A stretch of 63,989 nucleotides of DNA, filler included, from an uncultured bacterium (lineage in GTDB: Bacteria; Auribacterota; CAZIXI01), in NCBI GenBank assembly GCA_964543115.1. It is 5 parts of 5 records of this genome, joined end to end, with 100 filler letters (N's around TTAATTAATTAA, not from the genome) between each part and the next. Parts side by side here need not be neighbours in the genome. Positions count along the whole stretch, not along the records: positions 42,312 to 56,194 come from CAZIXI010000068.1; 4 more parts are not named here. The stretch is one strand, 5' to 3'. Below are positions 46,061-55,381 of this stretch, one piece after another. How positions within the stretch are numbered: the first letter of the stretch is position 1; the number at the start of each line of letters is the position of its first letter. Below the pieces are notes generated by a model. It was not told where the DNA came from, ran no database searches, and saw nothing but the letters and a program-made list of their open reading frames with translations. Position numbers and translations under genes: made by a program.

Positions 46061-49000
46061 ATGAGAACAAAAATTCCCGCAATTAATCGGTTGATTGCTT
46101 CAGTGCTGGTCCTGCTTTTGCTTCCCTATGGTGTTTGTTTCCCGGCGGTAACTGCCGCGCCTAAGGTTGTGGTGAAAAAGGGTGTGCTGGATCCGGCGAA
46201 GATATATATTCCGGAATCCTGCGGTAAGGTGGATAAGGTAAGTCCGGCGCCGGGTTCGGAGAAAACCGTGGTGGTGGTTAAGGACGCCCACTGTATTTAT
46301 GAAGCGCAGGAGAATATTGCCGATATCCTGGAATTGCTGGTTAAGGATTTTGGGGTGGAGACGATCTGCGCTGAGGGAGCGGCGGGGGATATTGATTTGT
46401 CTCTTTACCGGGATTTCCCGGACAGGGAGCGGCGCGATAAGACCACGGAAAAGTTTATGCGTAAAGGGTATTTCTCGGCGATTGAGCTTTTTGGTATTTG
46501 CCGGGAGCCGGGGCGGCCGTTCCGTATGCTGGGAGCGGAGGATGCCGAACTGTATTTAGAAAATTTCCTTTATTTCCGCAAAAATTACCGCCAGGAAAAA
46601 GAGGCGCAGGGAACGATCAGCGGTTGGGAGAATATCCTGGATAAATTGAAACAGAAGGTTTATTCGAAAGAATTAATAGATTTTGATGAACTGGCGCTGA
46701 AGTATCGTAACCAGGAAATGGCCATGTCTGATTGGATCAAATACGTGTGTGAACGCCTGCCGCGGGCCAAGGAACAGCCGGTCCTGAGCCTGACCTTAAA
46801 ATGCCTGGATCTGGAAGATAAAATAGATTTTGCGGCGGTAGAAGAAGAAAGGGAAAAGGCGCTGAAATTACTGTTGGCGGATCTGCCGGCGGAAGAGATG
46901 CCGGTTATGGTTAAAAAGGGACTGCAGCTGCGCACGGGTAAGATTTCCCAGAATGATTATTATTCTTATTTAGGTGAAAAGATAAAACTGCTGGCGGCCA
47001 GCCGGCCGGAGTTTAAAGCGGAGAATTTAAATAATTATATTGAATTAATTAAGTTTCAGAACGGGATTGATGAAGAGGAATTGTTCCGGCAGCTGGATAA
47101 TGCCGAGGCCACGATTTATGACCGCTTGTTTGACAAAGATGAACAGCGCAATTTGCATAGAACAGGCTACAAACTTTATGTGCTTAATAAACTTTTTCAG
47201 TTAAAGGTGACCAGAGAGGAACTGGCCTATTTTGAGAGTGAGATTAAGGACCGGGAAGAGGAGATTACGGCGGGCCTGCGGCAGTTGGCCAACGACCATA
47301 AGGTTCTTATTTCTTATAAACTGGCCGCTTTACCGAAAACGAAATTGCCGGAAGGGTTTTACCAGTTGGCTACAGAGCGTGATCGGGCGATGGCGGAAAA
47401 TGTGATCCGCGAAATGGGCCGCGTGGATGCGGCCTCGGCCGTATTGGTGGCCGGCGGTTTTCATGCCGCGGGTATTGCCGAGATCCTGCGGCAGCGCGAT
47501 ATTAACTGTGTGACGGTCAGTCCGATGATTACCCAGGTTCCCGATCATAATCCTTATCTCAAGGTGATGCTGGGCCGGGGTATTGATACGGAAAGGATCC
47601 GGTCTTTTATCACCGGGGCTATTTCCGCGCCCCGTCAGGGCAATGAACTGGCGGCTATTGTTGATCCGTCGGTGATTGTCAGTTTTGCTCAGGCGCTTTT
47701 GGCCGGTACTACCTGGGAGGCGCTGACTGAGGGCCGGAGCGCGGCGGAACAGCAGGCCCTGCGGCAGTTGTTTGATGACGCGAACATAGAGATAGTGACC
47801 AAGGCGGCGGATCAGGATCCGGGAATAAGATTTCGATTGATGTTGAAGGATTTGCAGGCGCTGGAAACGGTGTTATTAGAATCAAGGTATCTTTCCGTGG
47901 GGGCGCAGACGGCTCTGCGTGAGCATTTAGCTGAGATAGAGAGTCAGCCGGATAATCCCTTTCAGATGCAGGTAATACCTTATTCGGAGAGGGCCATACC
48001 AAAAGCCAGAACGGATAAAATACAACGGGAAGTATTTGAAGGTATGAGTCCGGAGGAGTTTGCGTCCATGCTGAGCGGGGATCTGAGTGAAGATTTGGCT
48101 GAGAATGGCGTTGAAATTGATAAGGAGGTTCTTGATCGGGCTCTGGAAGCGATTATGAAAAGTGGTAATAACCGCGAATGGTTAAGAATGGCCCTGCTCA
48201 GGTTTCGCGAGGGGGGACTGGCAGTACAATATACGGATAGTTATGACAGTCTTTTTGGCGACAATCTGGCAAACGGTAAACTTATTATTAATGTTGGGGC
48301 CCTGCTGACGCTGCACTCAATGGGGATGAGCCCAGCGCAGGTTTCGGTGTTAGTTGCCGTGGGTGTATTTGGCCATGAGATTATTGGCCATGAGGCGGAT
48401 CATAATCTTTCAGCAGAAGAGCATGCAAGAAAAGAAAAAGGCCTTTCCAAAATGGATGCCTTGATGACCTTGCGGTTGTTAGCTGATCTGCCTGGTGATT
48501 ACCATACTAATGTAGAAGGTTTTATACAATCTTTAACAAAGATTTCTGCTGGGGGATTGTACCCAAGCTGGTTGGCAAAAATAGGGGGATTATTTGACGG
48601 AAAAGTTAAAGAGGAGATAGCTGTTATAAAAGATGACGCGGATCTGGAGGTGTTGCGGATGTTAATGGACGAGCCTTCAGAGGCGGCGTTTGAACTTATT
48701 TACGCGGAAGTGAAAAAAGGTAATTATGCTTATGCAGCCAGAGCTGCCCGCATTGCTTCCTTGGCCCCGGAACAATTTGAAGGATTTCTCCGGCAGATTT
48801 TTGCGGTGACCCAGGCGGCGGTGGCTGAACTTGAAGGAAAGATACTTGGTAATCAAAGCAGAATGCGCACTGATTTTGTCGCGGATATGAGCGCGCTACG
48901 GGATTTATTGGCGATTACTAAATATCTTCCTCAATACAGGGACCGGGACGGCAATAATCTTAGTAAAGTGCAAGAGCATAACATATCGCTGTTAATGAAC

Positions 49001-52000
49001 GATATTTATAGTGAATTAGAGGATCATTTTGTGTTTAGAATAATTGCCGGAATGGGCATGCCTGCTAGTCTGGATATGCTGGAGAGTGAAGTGTCCGCCG
49101 CTTTAGCTGTCCTGGCGCAGAGAGGTTTCCCGACGGAAGGTGATTCGTTAATGGATTTGTTGTATGTAACGGAAGCCACCTGCGCGCAGTTGCTTAATGG
49201 TGACTATAACCGGGGAGTGAACAATCTGACATTTTTGTTCAGCCGCCTGATCAGGCAAGCGAGCGCGCTGGAGGGCAAGGAAGAAATGAAGGCCTTGAAG
49301 GTTTTGGCGCAGAGGTTCTCTGTGTTCGCGGAATATCTGGACAATCTACTGTCCTCTGATTCAGATGCCTTAGAGCCGCCGGTAACCATGAAATATATAC
49401 AGCTGAAACAATGGTTTGGAAAGCATGTAGAACAGGCAGAGGTTATTCAGTATCAGATTAATTTTGAAGGGGCGGAACCGGTGGCGGTTTTTCCGGATAT
49501 TCATGGGAATATCAAGGCCTTAAATACTATGATTGCTGAGGCAAAGGCTTTGGGAATAACACGATTTGTCTTTATGGGGGATTATATTGACCGTGATCCA
49601 AATAGTATTGCTGTTTTGGATAGAATTGAGGAATTGACTAAAGATTCTGATGTGGAGAGTGTTCAGCTTCTTTATGGCAATCACGAAATTATGTTTATCG
49701 CGGGAATGTCTGGTAATCGCAATGCTTTTTTAAATTGGTTTTTTAATGGTGGTTATATTGTGTTGGAAAAGGAGCTTGGAATCAGTGGAGCCAAGGATAT
49801 GTTGTTGAGGTTACAAAGCACGCGAGATCGGCAAGAATGGGATGAAATCAGGGAAGAAATTATTGATACTTATCTGCCACTGGCGCAACAAAATAATGAT
49901 CTTCAGGATAAACTTAGATTTATGTTGAACAATTTCCAGATGTATCATGTGGATAGTGCTAATATTTTGTATATTCATAATCTTTTAAATATAGATAATG
50001 ATGGCAATTTCATTTCAACGCTCACTAGCCGGGATGGGCAGAGGTCGCTGCAGGGGATGGAGATTATGGAAGAGGCCCAGGCGGCGTTGGATAACTTAAG
50101 AGACGGAAAAGGTACTAAAGCTGATCGCGATTTTCTCTGGGAGATGTGGCAGCCTTGGACTGAGGAAAGAGAGTGGGGAGATGTGATGACTGCTCAGGGA
50201 GAAGAAGTGGGCAGGAAAATGCTCAGTAATCTTGGCGGTTATTCTGGCACAGTTACTGCCCATGATATTGAAACGAAACCGGGCACGAGCACTAGAATTG
50301 CCCCGGAAAAGCGGGAGTTGCGTAGATATTTCGATGTGCATTCTCGTACTGATACAGGAACGGCCAAGGGGTATGGCGCGGCGGGTATGCTTGTAACTAT
50401 TAGTGGCGCTGATGGGATGCAATCTCATAAATTTACGGCACCGGGGCAGCAGGATAAATTGCGTGATGCCCAACAGGAGGTAGATTCAGCTGCCTTAAGT
50501 GAGGCGATGTACGGCAAGGAAATCGGCAGGCTGGAGGCAGAACTGATGGATTTATATGATCAGATATCCGTTGGTTTAACTGCTGATCTGGAAACCGGCG
50601 TTGAGGAAGGGTATGATATTCATGATGCGTCGGCCGTAATTCTTCAAGTCGAGGACTGGAGTACTACTCCCTATCTGACACCAACCCCCACTTCACCGAG
50701 TACACCCACCGCGCCGGTTTCCACAATGGAATGGATGCAGGTGCGGGCAGGGGAGCATCGGGGTGAGCTCACCGCTGAGGCGATAAAGGCAGCCAGAGTG
50801 AGAATACAAAAACAGGCTGACGAAGCGATAGAGATTACTGTCAGTGTCGCTGGCGTGACGGTAAACTTTACTATTGATCAGGAACTGGCTGCTCTGGGAA
50901 TCAGTGAGGAATTGCTTAGAGGCATTGTTGAGCGGATAATTGCACAGGAGGAAGGGATTGATCTGGCGGAGCTGGCGGAGAAAGGAAAGAATATTACTAT
51001 TGCCATGGTCCAACAGTCAGAAACCTATTTTGTTAATCATACCAGCGACGGGTTTATCGGGATAAACGCTGATTTCCTGAACTTGTTTACCGCGGAGCAG
51101 CAGGCCGAGAGAGAAATTATGTTGGAAGTGGGACTTAATCATGAAATGCGCCATGAACTTACCGGTAAGGGTGAAACTCCGGCGGTGGAGGCGGAGTTTC
51201 GGCAGAAGGATATGGCCCTGCTGCTGGAGTTAACCGCGGGCGAGATGACTGATCTGCTGGATACGCTTTTACAGTTAGGGTTATTGAAAGATAATTTTGT
51301 TAAACAAGCTCTTTATGCTAATTTGCAACAGGTATTAGCAGAACAATTACCGGGATTTCAGCTGCAGCTTAGCGAGGCGGAATTGGCGGATTTGTTCACT
51401 AAGCTGGGGCTTGACGGCGCGGAGTTGGCTCAGGAAGCTGACATGATCGCTTTTGTCGATCAGCTGGCTGTGCAGGCGGCACAACGCGCCGGGTTGGATG
51501 ATGTGGGGCATGTAAGAGAGCTGTTGGGAAATGCTACGGATAGGTTGCGCGAAACTATTCGGGCCTATCTGCAGGCGCAACAGAAAGCGGTGGCCGCGAG
51601 TGTTGCTAGTGCCAGCGGGGTCGACGCGGAGAATATGGATGTGGCGGTTGATTACGTGCTTGGTGAAGTTGATGAGGGAGCGTTAAAGGGTAAGGTATCC
51701 AAGGAAGGAAGAACCATCTTAACAGCTCTTCGTGATGCCTTCCACCGGTTCATGCAGAGGCTATTGACCATGTTGCGCGGCACTAAGGTAACGGCGCACA
51801 GCAAACATAATTTCCCTATTCTGCAGCCGGCACCAAGGCAGCGGCAGAATCCCGGGGTGATTGTGCAGGATGTGGGAGATGTATTTTCTGAAATTAGTGA
51901 AGATATGATTGAAATAGAGGATGGGAAAATGATGGTCTCCCATAAGTTGCTCGATAGCGGCCTGCGGGAATGGTTGGAGGCAATCAGGGATGAGGACGGA

Positions 52001-52561
52001 TATGATGGTATCGGTTTCGGGTTTGTGCTTAGTAATCCGGATGAGGTTATTGAAAAAGATGGGTACCTGACAACCCGGGCGGAATTATTCCAGCAGCTGA
52101 TTACAGAACATACCGGTTTGCGGGCGGAGCAGTTTGTTATTGCCGCTAGCGTTACGGAAGTGGCGGAAAAATCTGAGGCGGAGCAAAAGGATAATATTGT
52201 TTATTTAAGCAGTAGTTTTACTGATGGGCAGCGGGCGGAGCTGGCCAAACAGGGGATTAAAATCGTTCAGAAGGGCCAAACCGGTATGCCGGTGGCCATG
52301 CATTGGGCGGCGGTAATGCTGGACCTGGAAATTGATGAGGTTTATGATGCTGAGGGGCGGGCCACGCCGTTTTTGGTTATGCTCTATGCCAATTTTGTTG
52401 ACGGACTTTCCCGGGCGGGTGTTATAGAGGCTGATGTAAAGGATGAAATTATTAAAGAGGTAATGGAAAAGGGCTATATTGTGCTGCCGGCAGTTACCAC
52501 GGTAACGGAATTCCTGCAGAACCTGCAGCGGGCAACCCGGTTAACGGCGGTAGCGGCCTAA
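46061..52561 (+). CDS. Giant exported protein (2166 aa): Tiki/TraB-ChaN-like domain, zincin-like domain, PPP metallophosphatase, P/T linker, second zincin-like domain
   Basis: SD AAGGAG and signal peptide; KDAH..CAEGA..ERDRAMA..VAGGFH; GHEIIGHE; PDIHGN, GDYIDR, GNHE; NHEMRHE. Confidence 0.85.
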   Translation: MRTKIPAINRLIASVLVLLLLPYGVCFPAVTAAPKVVVKKGVLDPAKIYIPESCGKVDKVSPAPGSEKTVVVVKDAHCIYEAQENIADILELLVKDFGVETICAEGAAGDIDLSLYRDFPDRERRDKTTEKFMRKGYFSAIELFGICREPGRPFRMLGAEDAELYLENFLYFRKNYRQEKEAQGTISGWENILDKLKQKVYSKELIDFDELALKYRNQEMAMSDWIKYVCERLPRAKEQPVLSLTLKCLDLEDKIDFAAVEEEREKALKLLLADLPAEEMPVMVKKGLQLRTGKISQNDYYSYLGEKIKLLAASRPEFKAENLNNYIELIKFQNGIDEEELFRQLDNAEATIYDRLFDKDEQRNLHRTGYKLYVLNKLFQLKVTREELAYFESEIKDREEEITAGLRQLANDHKVLISYKLAALPKTKLPEGFYQLATERDRAMAENVIREMGRVDAASAVLVAGGFHAAGIAEILRQRDINCVTVSPMITQVPDHNPYLKVMLGRGIDTERIRSFITGAISAPRQGNELAAIVDPSVIVSFAQALLAGTTWEALTEGRSAAEQQALRQLFDDANIEIVTKAADQDPGIRFRLMLKDLQALETVLLESRYLSVGAQTALREHLAEIESQPDNPFQMQVIPYSERAIPKARTDKIQREVFEGMSPEEFASMLSGDLSEDLAENGVEIDKEVLDRALEAIMKSGNNREWLRMALLRFREGGLAVQYTDSYDSLFGDNLANGKLIINVGALLTLHSMGMSPAQVSVLVAVGVFGHEIIGHEADHNLSAEEHARKEKGLSKMDALMTLRLLADLPGDYHTNVEGFIQSLTKISAGGLYPSWLAKIGGLFDGKVKEEIAVIKDDADLEVLRMLMDEPSEAAFELIYAEVKKGNYAYAARAARIASLAPEQFEGFLRQIFAVTQAAVAELEGKILGNQSRMRTDFVADMSALRDLLAITKYLPQYRDRDGNNLSKVQEHNISLLMNDIYSELEDHFVFRIIAGMGMPASLDMLESEVSAALAVLAQRGFPTEGDSLMDLLYVTEATCAQLLNGDYNRGVNNLTFLFSRLIRQASALEGKEEMKALKVLAQRFSVFAEYLDNLLSSDSDALEPPVTMKYIQLKQWFGKHVEQAEVIQYQINFEGAEPVAVFPDIHGNIKALNTMIAEAKALGITRFVFMGDYIDRDPNSIAVLDRIEELTKDSDVESVQLLYGNHEIMFIAGMSGNRNAFLNWFFNGGYIVLEKELGISGAKDMLLRLQSTRDRQEWDEIREEIIDTYLPLAQQNNDLQDKLRFMLNNFQMYHVDSANILYIHNLLNIDNDGNFISTLTSRDGQRSLQGMEIMEEAQAALDNLRDGKGTKADRDFLWEMWQPWTEEREWGDVMTAQGEEVGRKMLSNLGGYSGTVTAHDIETKPGTSTRIAPEKRELRRYFDVHSRTDTGTAKGYGAAGMLVTISGADGMQSHKFTAPGQQDKLRDAQQEVDSAALSEAMYGKEIGRLEAELMDLYDQISVGLTADLETGVEEGYDIHDASAVILQVEDWSTTPYLTPTPTSPSTPTAPVSTMEWMQVRAGEHRGELTAEAIKAARVRIQKQADEAIEITVSVAGVTVNFTIDQELAALGISEELLRGIVERIIAQEEGIDLAELAEKGKNITIAMVQQSETYFVNHTSDGFIGINADFLNLFTAEQQAEREIMLEVGLNHEMRHELTGKGETPAVEAEFRQKDMALLLELTAGEMTDLLDTLLQLGLLKDNFVKQALYANLQQVLAEQLPGFQLQLSEAELADLFTKLGLDGAELAQEADMIAFVDQLAVQAAQRAGLDDVGHVRELLGNATDRLRETIRAYLQAQQKAVAASVASASGVDAENMDVAVDYVLGEVDEGALKGKVSKEGRTILTALRDAFHRFMQRLLTMLRGTKVTAHSKHNFPILQPAPRQRQNPGVIVQDVGDVFSEISEDMIEIEDGKMMVSHKLLDSGLREWLEAIRDEDGYDGIGFGFVLSNPDEVIEKDGYLTTRAELFQQLITEHTGLRAEQFVIAASVTEVAEKSEAEQKDNIVYLSSSFTDGQRAELAKQGIKIVQKGQTGMPVAMHWAAVMLDLEIDEVYDAEGRATPFLVMLYANFVDGLSRAGVIEADVKDEIIKEVMEKGYIVLPAVTTVTEFLQNLQRATRLTAVAA

Positions 52562-52592
52562 TCTCTAATATTGAAATGGGGGAAATCCACTC

Positions 52593-52621
52593 TTTACAAA
52601 TCTGCTTTTTTTTGCTAAAAT
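52593..52621 (+). promoter_or_regulatory. sigma70 promoter with extended -10
   Basis: TTTACA-N17-TAAAAT with TG-n. Confidence 0.6.
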
Positions 52622-52685
52622 AAGGAATATATAAAAGATCACTGTATACTCTTATAGAATATGGAAGTTGATTGTGGGGGTAGAG

Positions 52686-52720
52686 ATTCCGCAATCCGCA
52701 TTCCAAAATCCGCATTTGAA
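52686..52720 (+). repeat. Heptamer tandem repeat (AWTCCGC-type) x5
   Basis: ATTCCGC AATCCGC ATTCCAA AATCCGC ATTTGAA. Confidence 0.75.
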
Positions 52721-52731
52721 AGGAGGGGGAG

Positions 52732-55182
52732 ATGCATAGGTTTATCATAATTATTTTTGTATTTACTTTATTTTTATGTCTGCCTGCCTGGGCAGTGCAG
52801 GTAACGCTGGATGAGGTGAGGGATGTTGGGGCCACCCAATTGGAGGCAGATTCCCAGGTCAGCCCGGCGGCGGCGGCGATCAGTTATTGCTGTCAGCCGA
52901 TCAAGGGGGTAAGGGAGGTAATAGATGAAGATACCGGGGTGGTTCTTGCCTATATCCTGGACCTAAACCCGCGGGGTTTCATTGCGGTTTCACCGGATAG
53001 TGATATTCGGCCGGTAATTGCCTATTCCTATGAGAATGATTTTGTTATAGAAGACAGCATTTCCAATACCCTGCTGCAGATGGTTAAAACAGATATGAAT
53101 GCCTGCCTGCAGGCCTTACCCACAGCGGATGAACAGCGTATTGCCGCCAATAACGCTGCCTGGACAAATTATCTTAGCGCGGATAATAATTTTGTGCAGG
53201 AACTGGCGCTGGCCGATCAGTGGCCCAGCGGCCAGGACGGCTGGGTAACCACCCAGTGGAATCAAAGCGGCAGTACTCCCGATGGTACGGCTGAATATAA
53301 TCAAGCTTGTCCGGTTGATCTGACCACCGGTAACCGGTCAGTTGTCGGCTGTGTGGCCACGGCCATGGGGCAGATACTCAATTACTGGCAATATCCCTCT
53401 TCAGTTAGTTTTACCAGTGCTGATAATTATACTACGTATAATACCTTAATGCTGGTAGAAGCCGCGCCGGCAACGATGAGCCTGATTGATTACAATAGCG
53501 GCAGTATTAGCGGTACTACCATAGCTAATTTGTCATTTGCCTGCGGGGTATCGGTAGAGATGGGTTATGCTTCTACCGGATCCGGGGCCTATACCACGGC
53601 GGTGGAAGGCGCGCTAAAGAATAAATTTGGCTACGCCACTGCTGAATGGGGCAGTACGAATAGTTGGTACGCCGGTGAATACTATAGTGATAATTTTTAC
53701 CGGATCCTTAAGGATAATGTGCAGAATGCCAAACCGGTTTCTGTGCAGATTGACACCACCTATTATACCGGTTATACCCATGAGATAGTTTATGACGGTT
53801 TCCGGGTTAACCCCTCCAGCACTGATCCGGAATACGGCACCTATCATATGAATTATGGCTGGGGCGGTACCTCCGATGCCTGGTATACCCTGCCGACGAT
53901 GGATTGGCCCTATAACTGGGTGCAGGAGGCTATTTTTGATATTTATCCCAATAAGGCAGGTAGTGCCATGGTTGCCGGGCATGCCTGCGGCGGGGTGAAC
54001 AGCGCTGCCTCTACCTGGTACCTGGCAGAAGGTTGCACAGCTGGGGAATTTGATACCTGGGTGCTTTTGCAGAATCCTAACAGTACCGCGGTAACCGCCC
54101 GGGTGACTTTGTTTACAGAGGATTCTTCGCAACAACTCTCTGATATTAGCATTGGTGGTAATGAAAGGTCTACGATACATCTAAATGACGTATTACCGAA
54201 TGAAAATATTTCCACCAAGGTAGAGTTTTTGAGCGGCGGGACGGGGATTGTTGAGCGGTCCATGTACCTGGGCAGTAACTGGCGGGCGGGCCATGATAGT
54301 GTGGGCGCCACTGCCGGTGCCACTACCTGGTATCTGGCGGAAGGCTGTACCCGCAGCGGATTTGAAACCTATATTCTGGTTATGAATCCCAGTGCCAGTA
54401 CTGCTGCGGTGACGGTAACCGGAACTGACCAGGACGGTAACACAGCCAGCGGCACGCTTAGCCTGGCGCCAAACCGTCGCGGCACGGTAAAAATGAATGA
54501 CATTTTACCTGGAGTGGATGTTTCTACTGTGGTAACTGCTAATCAACCGGTAATTGCTGAACGGGCAATGTACTGGAGTAATTGGGCCGGGTGTCATGCC
54601 AGCCTGGGTGTAACGGCCACGGCCACTACCTGGTATCTGGCGGAAGGCTGCACCTCTGGCTCTTTTGATACCTGGATTCTTTTACAGAATCCCAATACCA
54701 CCAGCGCTACGGTGGTGGCAACAATTATGCAGGATAATGGAACAACTGTACAGATACCAACCACAGTGGCCCCGAATAGCAGGGGCACGATCCATGTGGA
54801 TGATACGGTTCCCAGCTCTTCTTTCTCCAGTACGATAACTTCGGATGTGGGGATTGTGGTTGAGCGGTCGATGTATTTTGACAGCGGTAATGCCGGTCAT
54901 AATACTCCCGGGAAAACCTCTGTTGCCACTACCTGGTATCTGGCGGAAGGGTGTACAACCGGCGGTTTTGATGAATGGATACTTATTCAGAATCCTCAGC
55001 TTACTGCCGCCACGGTTACCTTGACCCTGATGCGCGATGACGGAGGAACAGTGATCAGGGAATACACGGTGCCGGCCACCAGCAGGCAGAGTATTTTAGT
55101 GAATCGTCTGGCCAGCGGATCGGTATCGGCCACTCTGACTTCTGATATCGGCATTGTTGTTGAGCGGGCGATGTACTGGTAA
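52732..55182 (+). CDS. Secreted peptidase C10 (streptopain-like) with prodomain and four DUF5719-like repeats
   Basis: GFIAVSPDSDIRPVIAYS (prodomain), TTQWNQ, VGCVATAMGQI, THEIVYDGF, HMNYGWGG; WYLAEGC repeats at 54016, 54328, 54631, 54934. Confidence 0.85.
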   Translation: MHRFIIIIFVFTLFLCLPAWAVQVTLDEVRDVGATQLEADSQVSPAAAAISYCCQPIKGVREVIDEDTGVVLAYILDLNPRGFIAVSPDSDIRPVIAYSYENDFVIEDSISNTLLQMVKTDMNACLQALPTADEQRIAANNAAWTNYLSADNNFVQELALADQWPSGQDGWVTTQWNQSGSTPDGTAEYNQACPVDLTTGNRSVVGCVATAMGQILNYWQYPSSVSFTSADNYTTYNTLMLVEAAPATMSLIDYNSGSISGTTIANLSFACGVSVEMGYASTGSGAYTTAVEGALKNKFGYATAEWGSTNSWYAGEYYSDNFYRILKDNVQNAKPVSVQIDTTYYTGYTHEIVYDGFRVNPSSTDPEYGTYHMNYGWGGTSDAWYTLPTMDWPYNWVQEAIFDIYPNKAGSAMVAGHACGGVNSAASTWYLAEGCTAGEFDTWVLLQNPNSTAVTARVTLFTEDSSQQLSDISIGGNERSTIHLNDVLPNENISTKVEFLSGGTGIVERSMYLGSNWRAGHDSVGATAGATTWYLAEGCTRSGFETYILVMNPSASTAAVTVTGTDQDGNTASGTLSLAPNRRGTVKMNDILPGVDVSTVVTANQPVIAERAMYWSNWAGCHASLGVTATATTWYLAEGCTSGSFDTWILLQNPNTTSATVVATIMQDNGTTVQIPTTVAPNSRGTIHVDDTVPSSSFSSTITSDVGIVVERSMYFDSGNAGHNTPGKTSVATTWYLAEGCTTGGFDEWILIQNPQLTAATVTLTLMRDDGGTVIREYTVPATSRQSILVNRLASGSVSATLTSDIGIVVERAMYW

Positions 55183-55183
55183 G

Positions 55184-55273
55184 ACGCGGATCTGACCCCG
55201 TTTTATTAATGAATTAAATTGACGGGGCGGCAAAAGCCCGCGCGGATCTGAAACGCGGATCTGACGCGGATCT
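55184..55273 (+). repeat. ACGCGGATCT decamer x4
   Basis: Copies at 55184, 55240 (one mismatch), 55253 and 55264. Confidence 0.75.
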
Positions 55274-55317
55274 AAAACAGAGAAAGCCTTACACTGGTGT
55301 AAGGCTTTCTCTGTTTT
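55274..55317. terminator. 21-bp perfect inverted repeat, probably a bidirectional terminator
   Basis: AAAACAGAGAAAGCCTTACAC-TG-GTGTAAGGCTTTCTCTGTTTT. Confidence 0.8.
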
Positions 55318-55344
55318 CCGGGGGAAAGGAGTGGTGAGGAAAAT

Positions 55345-55374
55345 ATTGACAAATTGTCAATTTAGTGATATAAT
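55345..55374 (+). promoter_or_regulatory. Consensus sigma70 promoter with a palindrome over the -35
   Basis: TTGACA-N17-TATAAT with TG-n; ATTGACA-AAT-TGTCAAT at 55345-55361. Confidence 0.85.
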
Positions 55375-55381
55375 ATATATA

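Noticed and set aside
55220..55245. Guanidine-I (ykkC) riboswitch P3-like GACGGGGCGGCAAAAGCCCG
   Set aside because: P1/P2 elements are absent, it is followed by a strong terminator, and the next gene has its own promoter.
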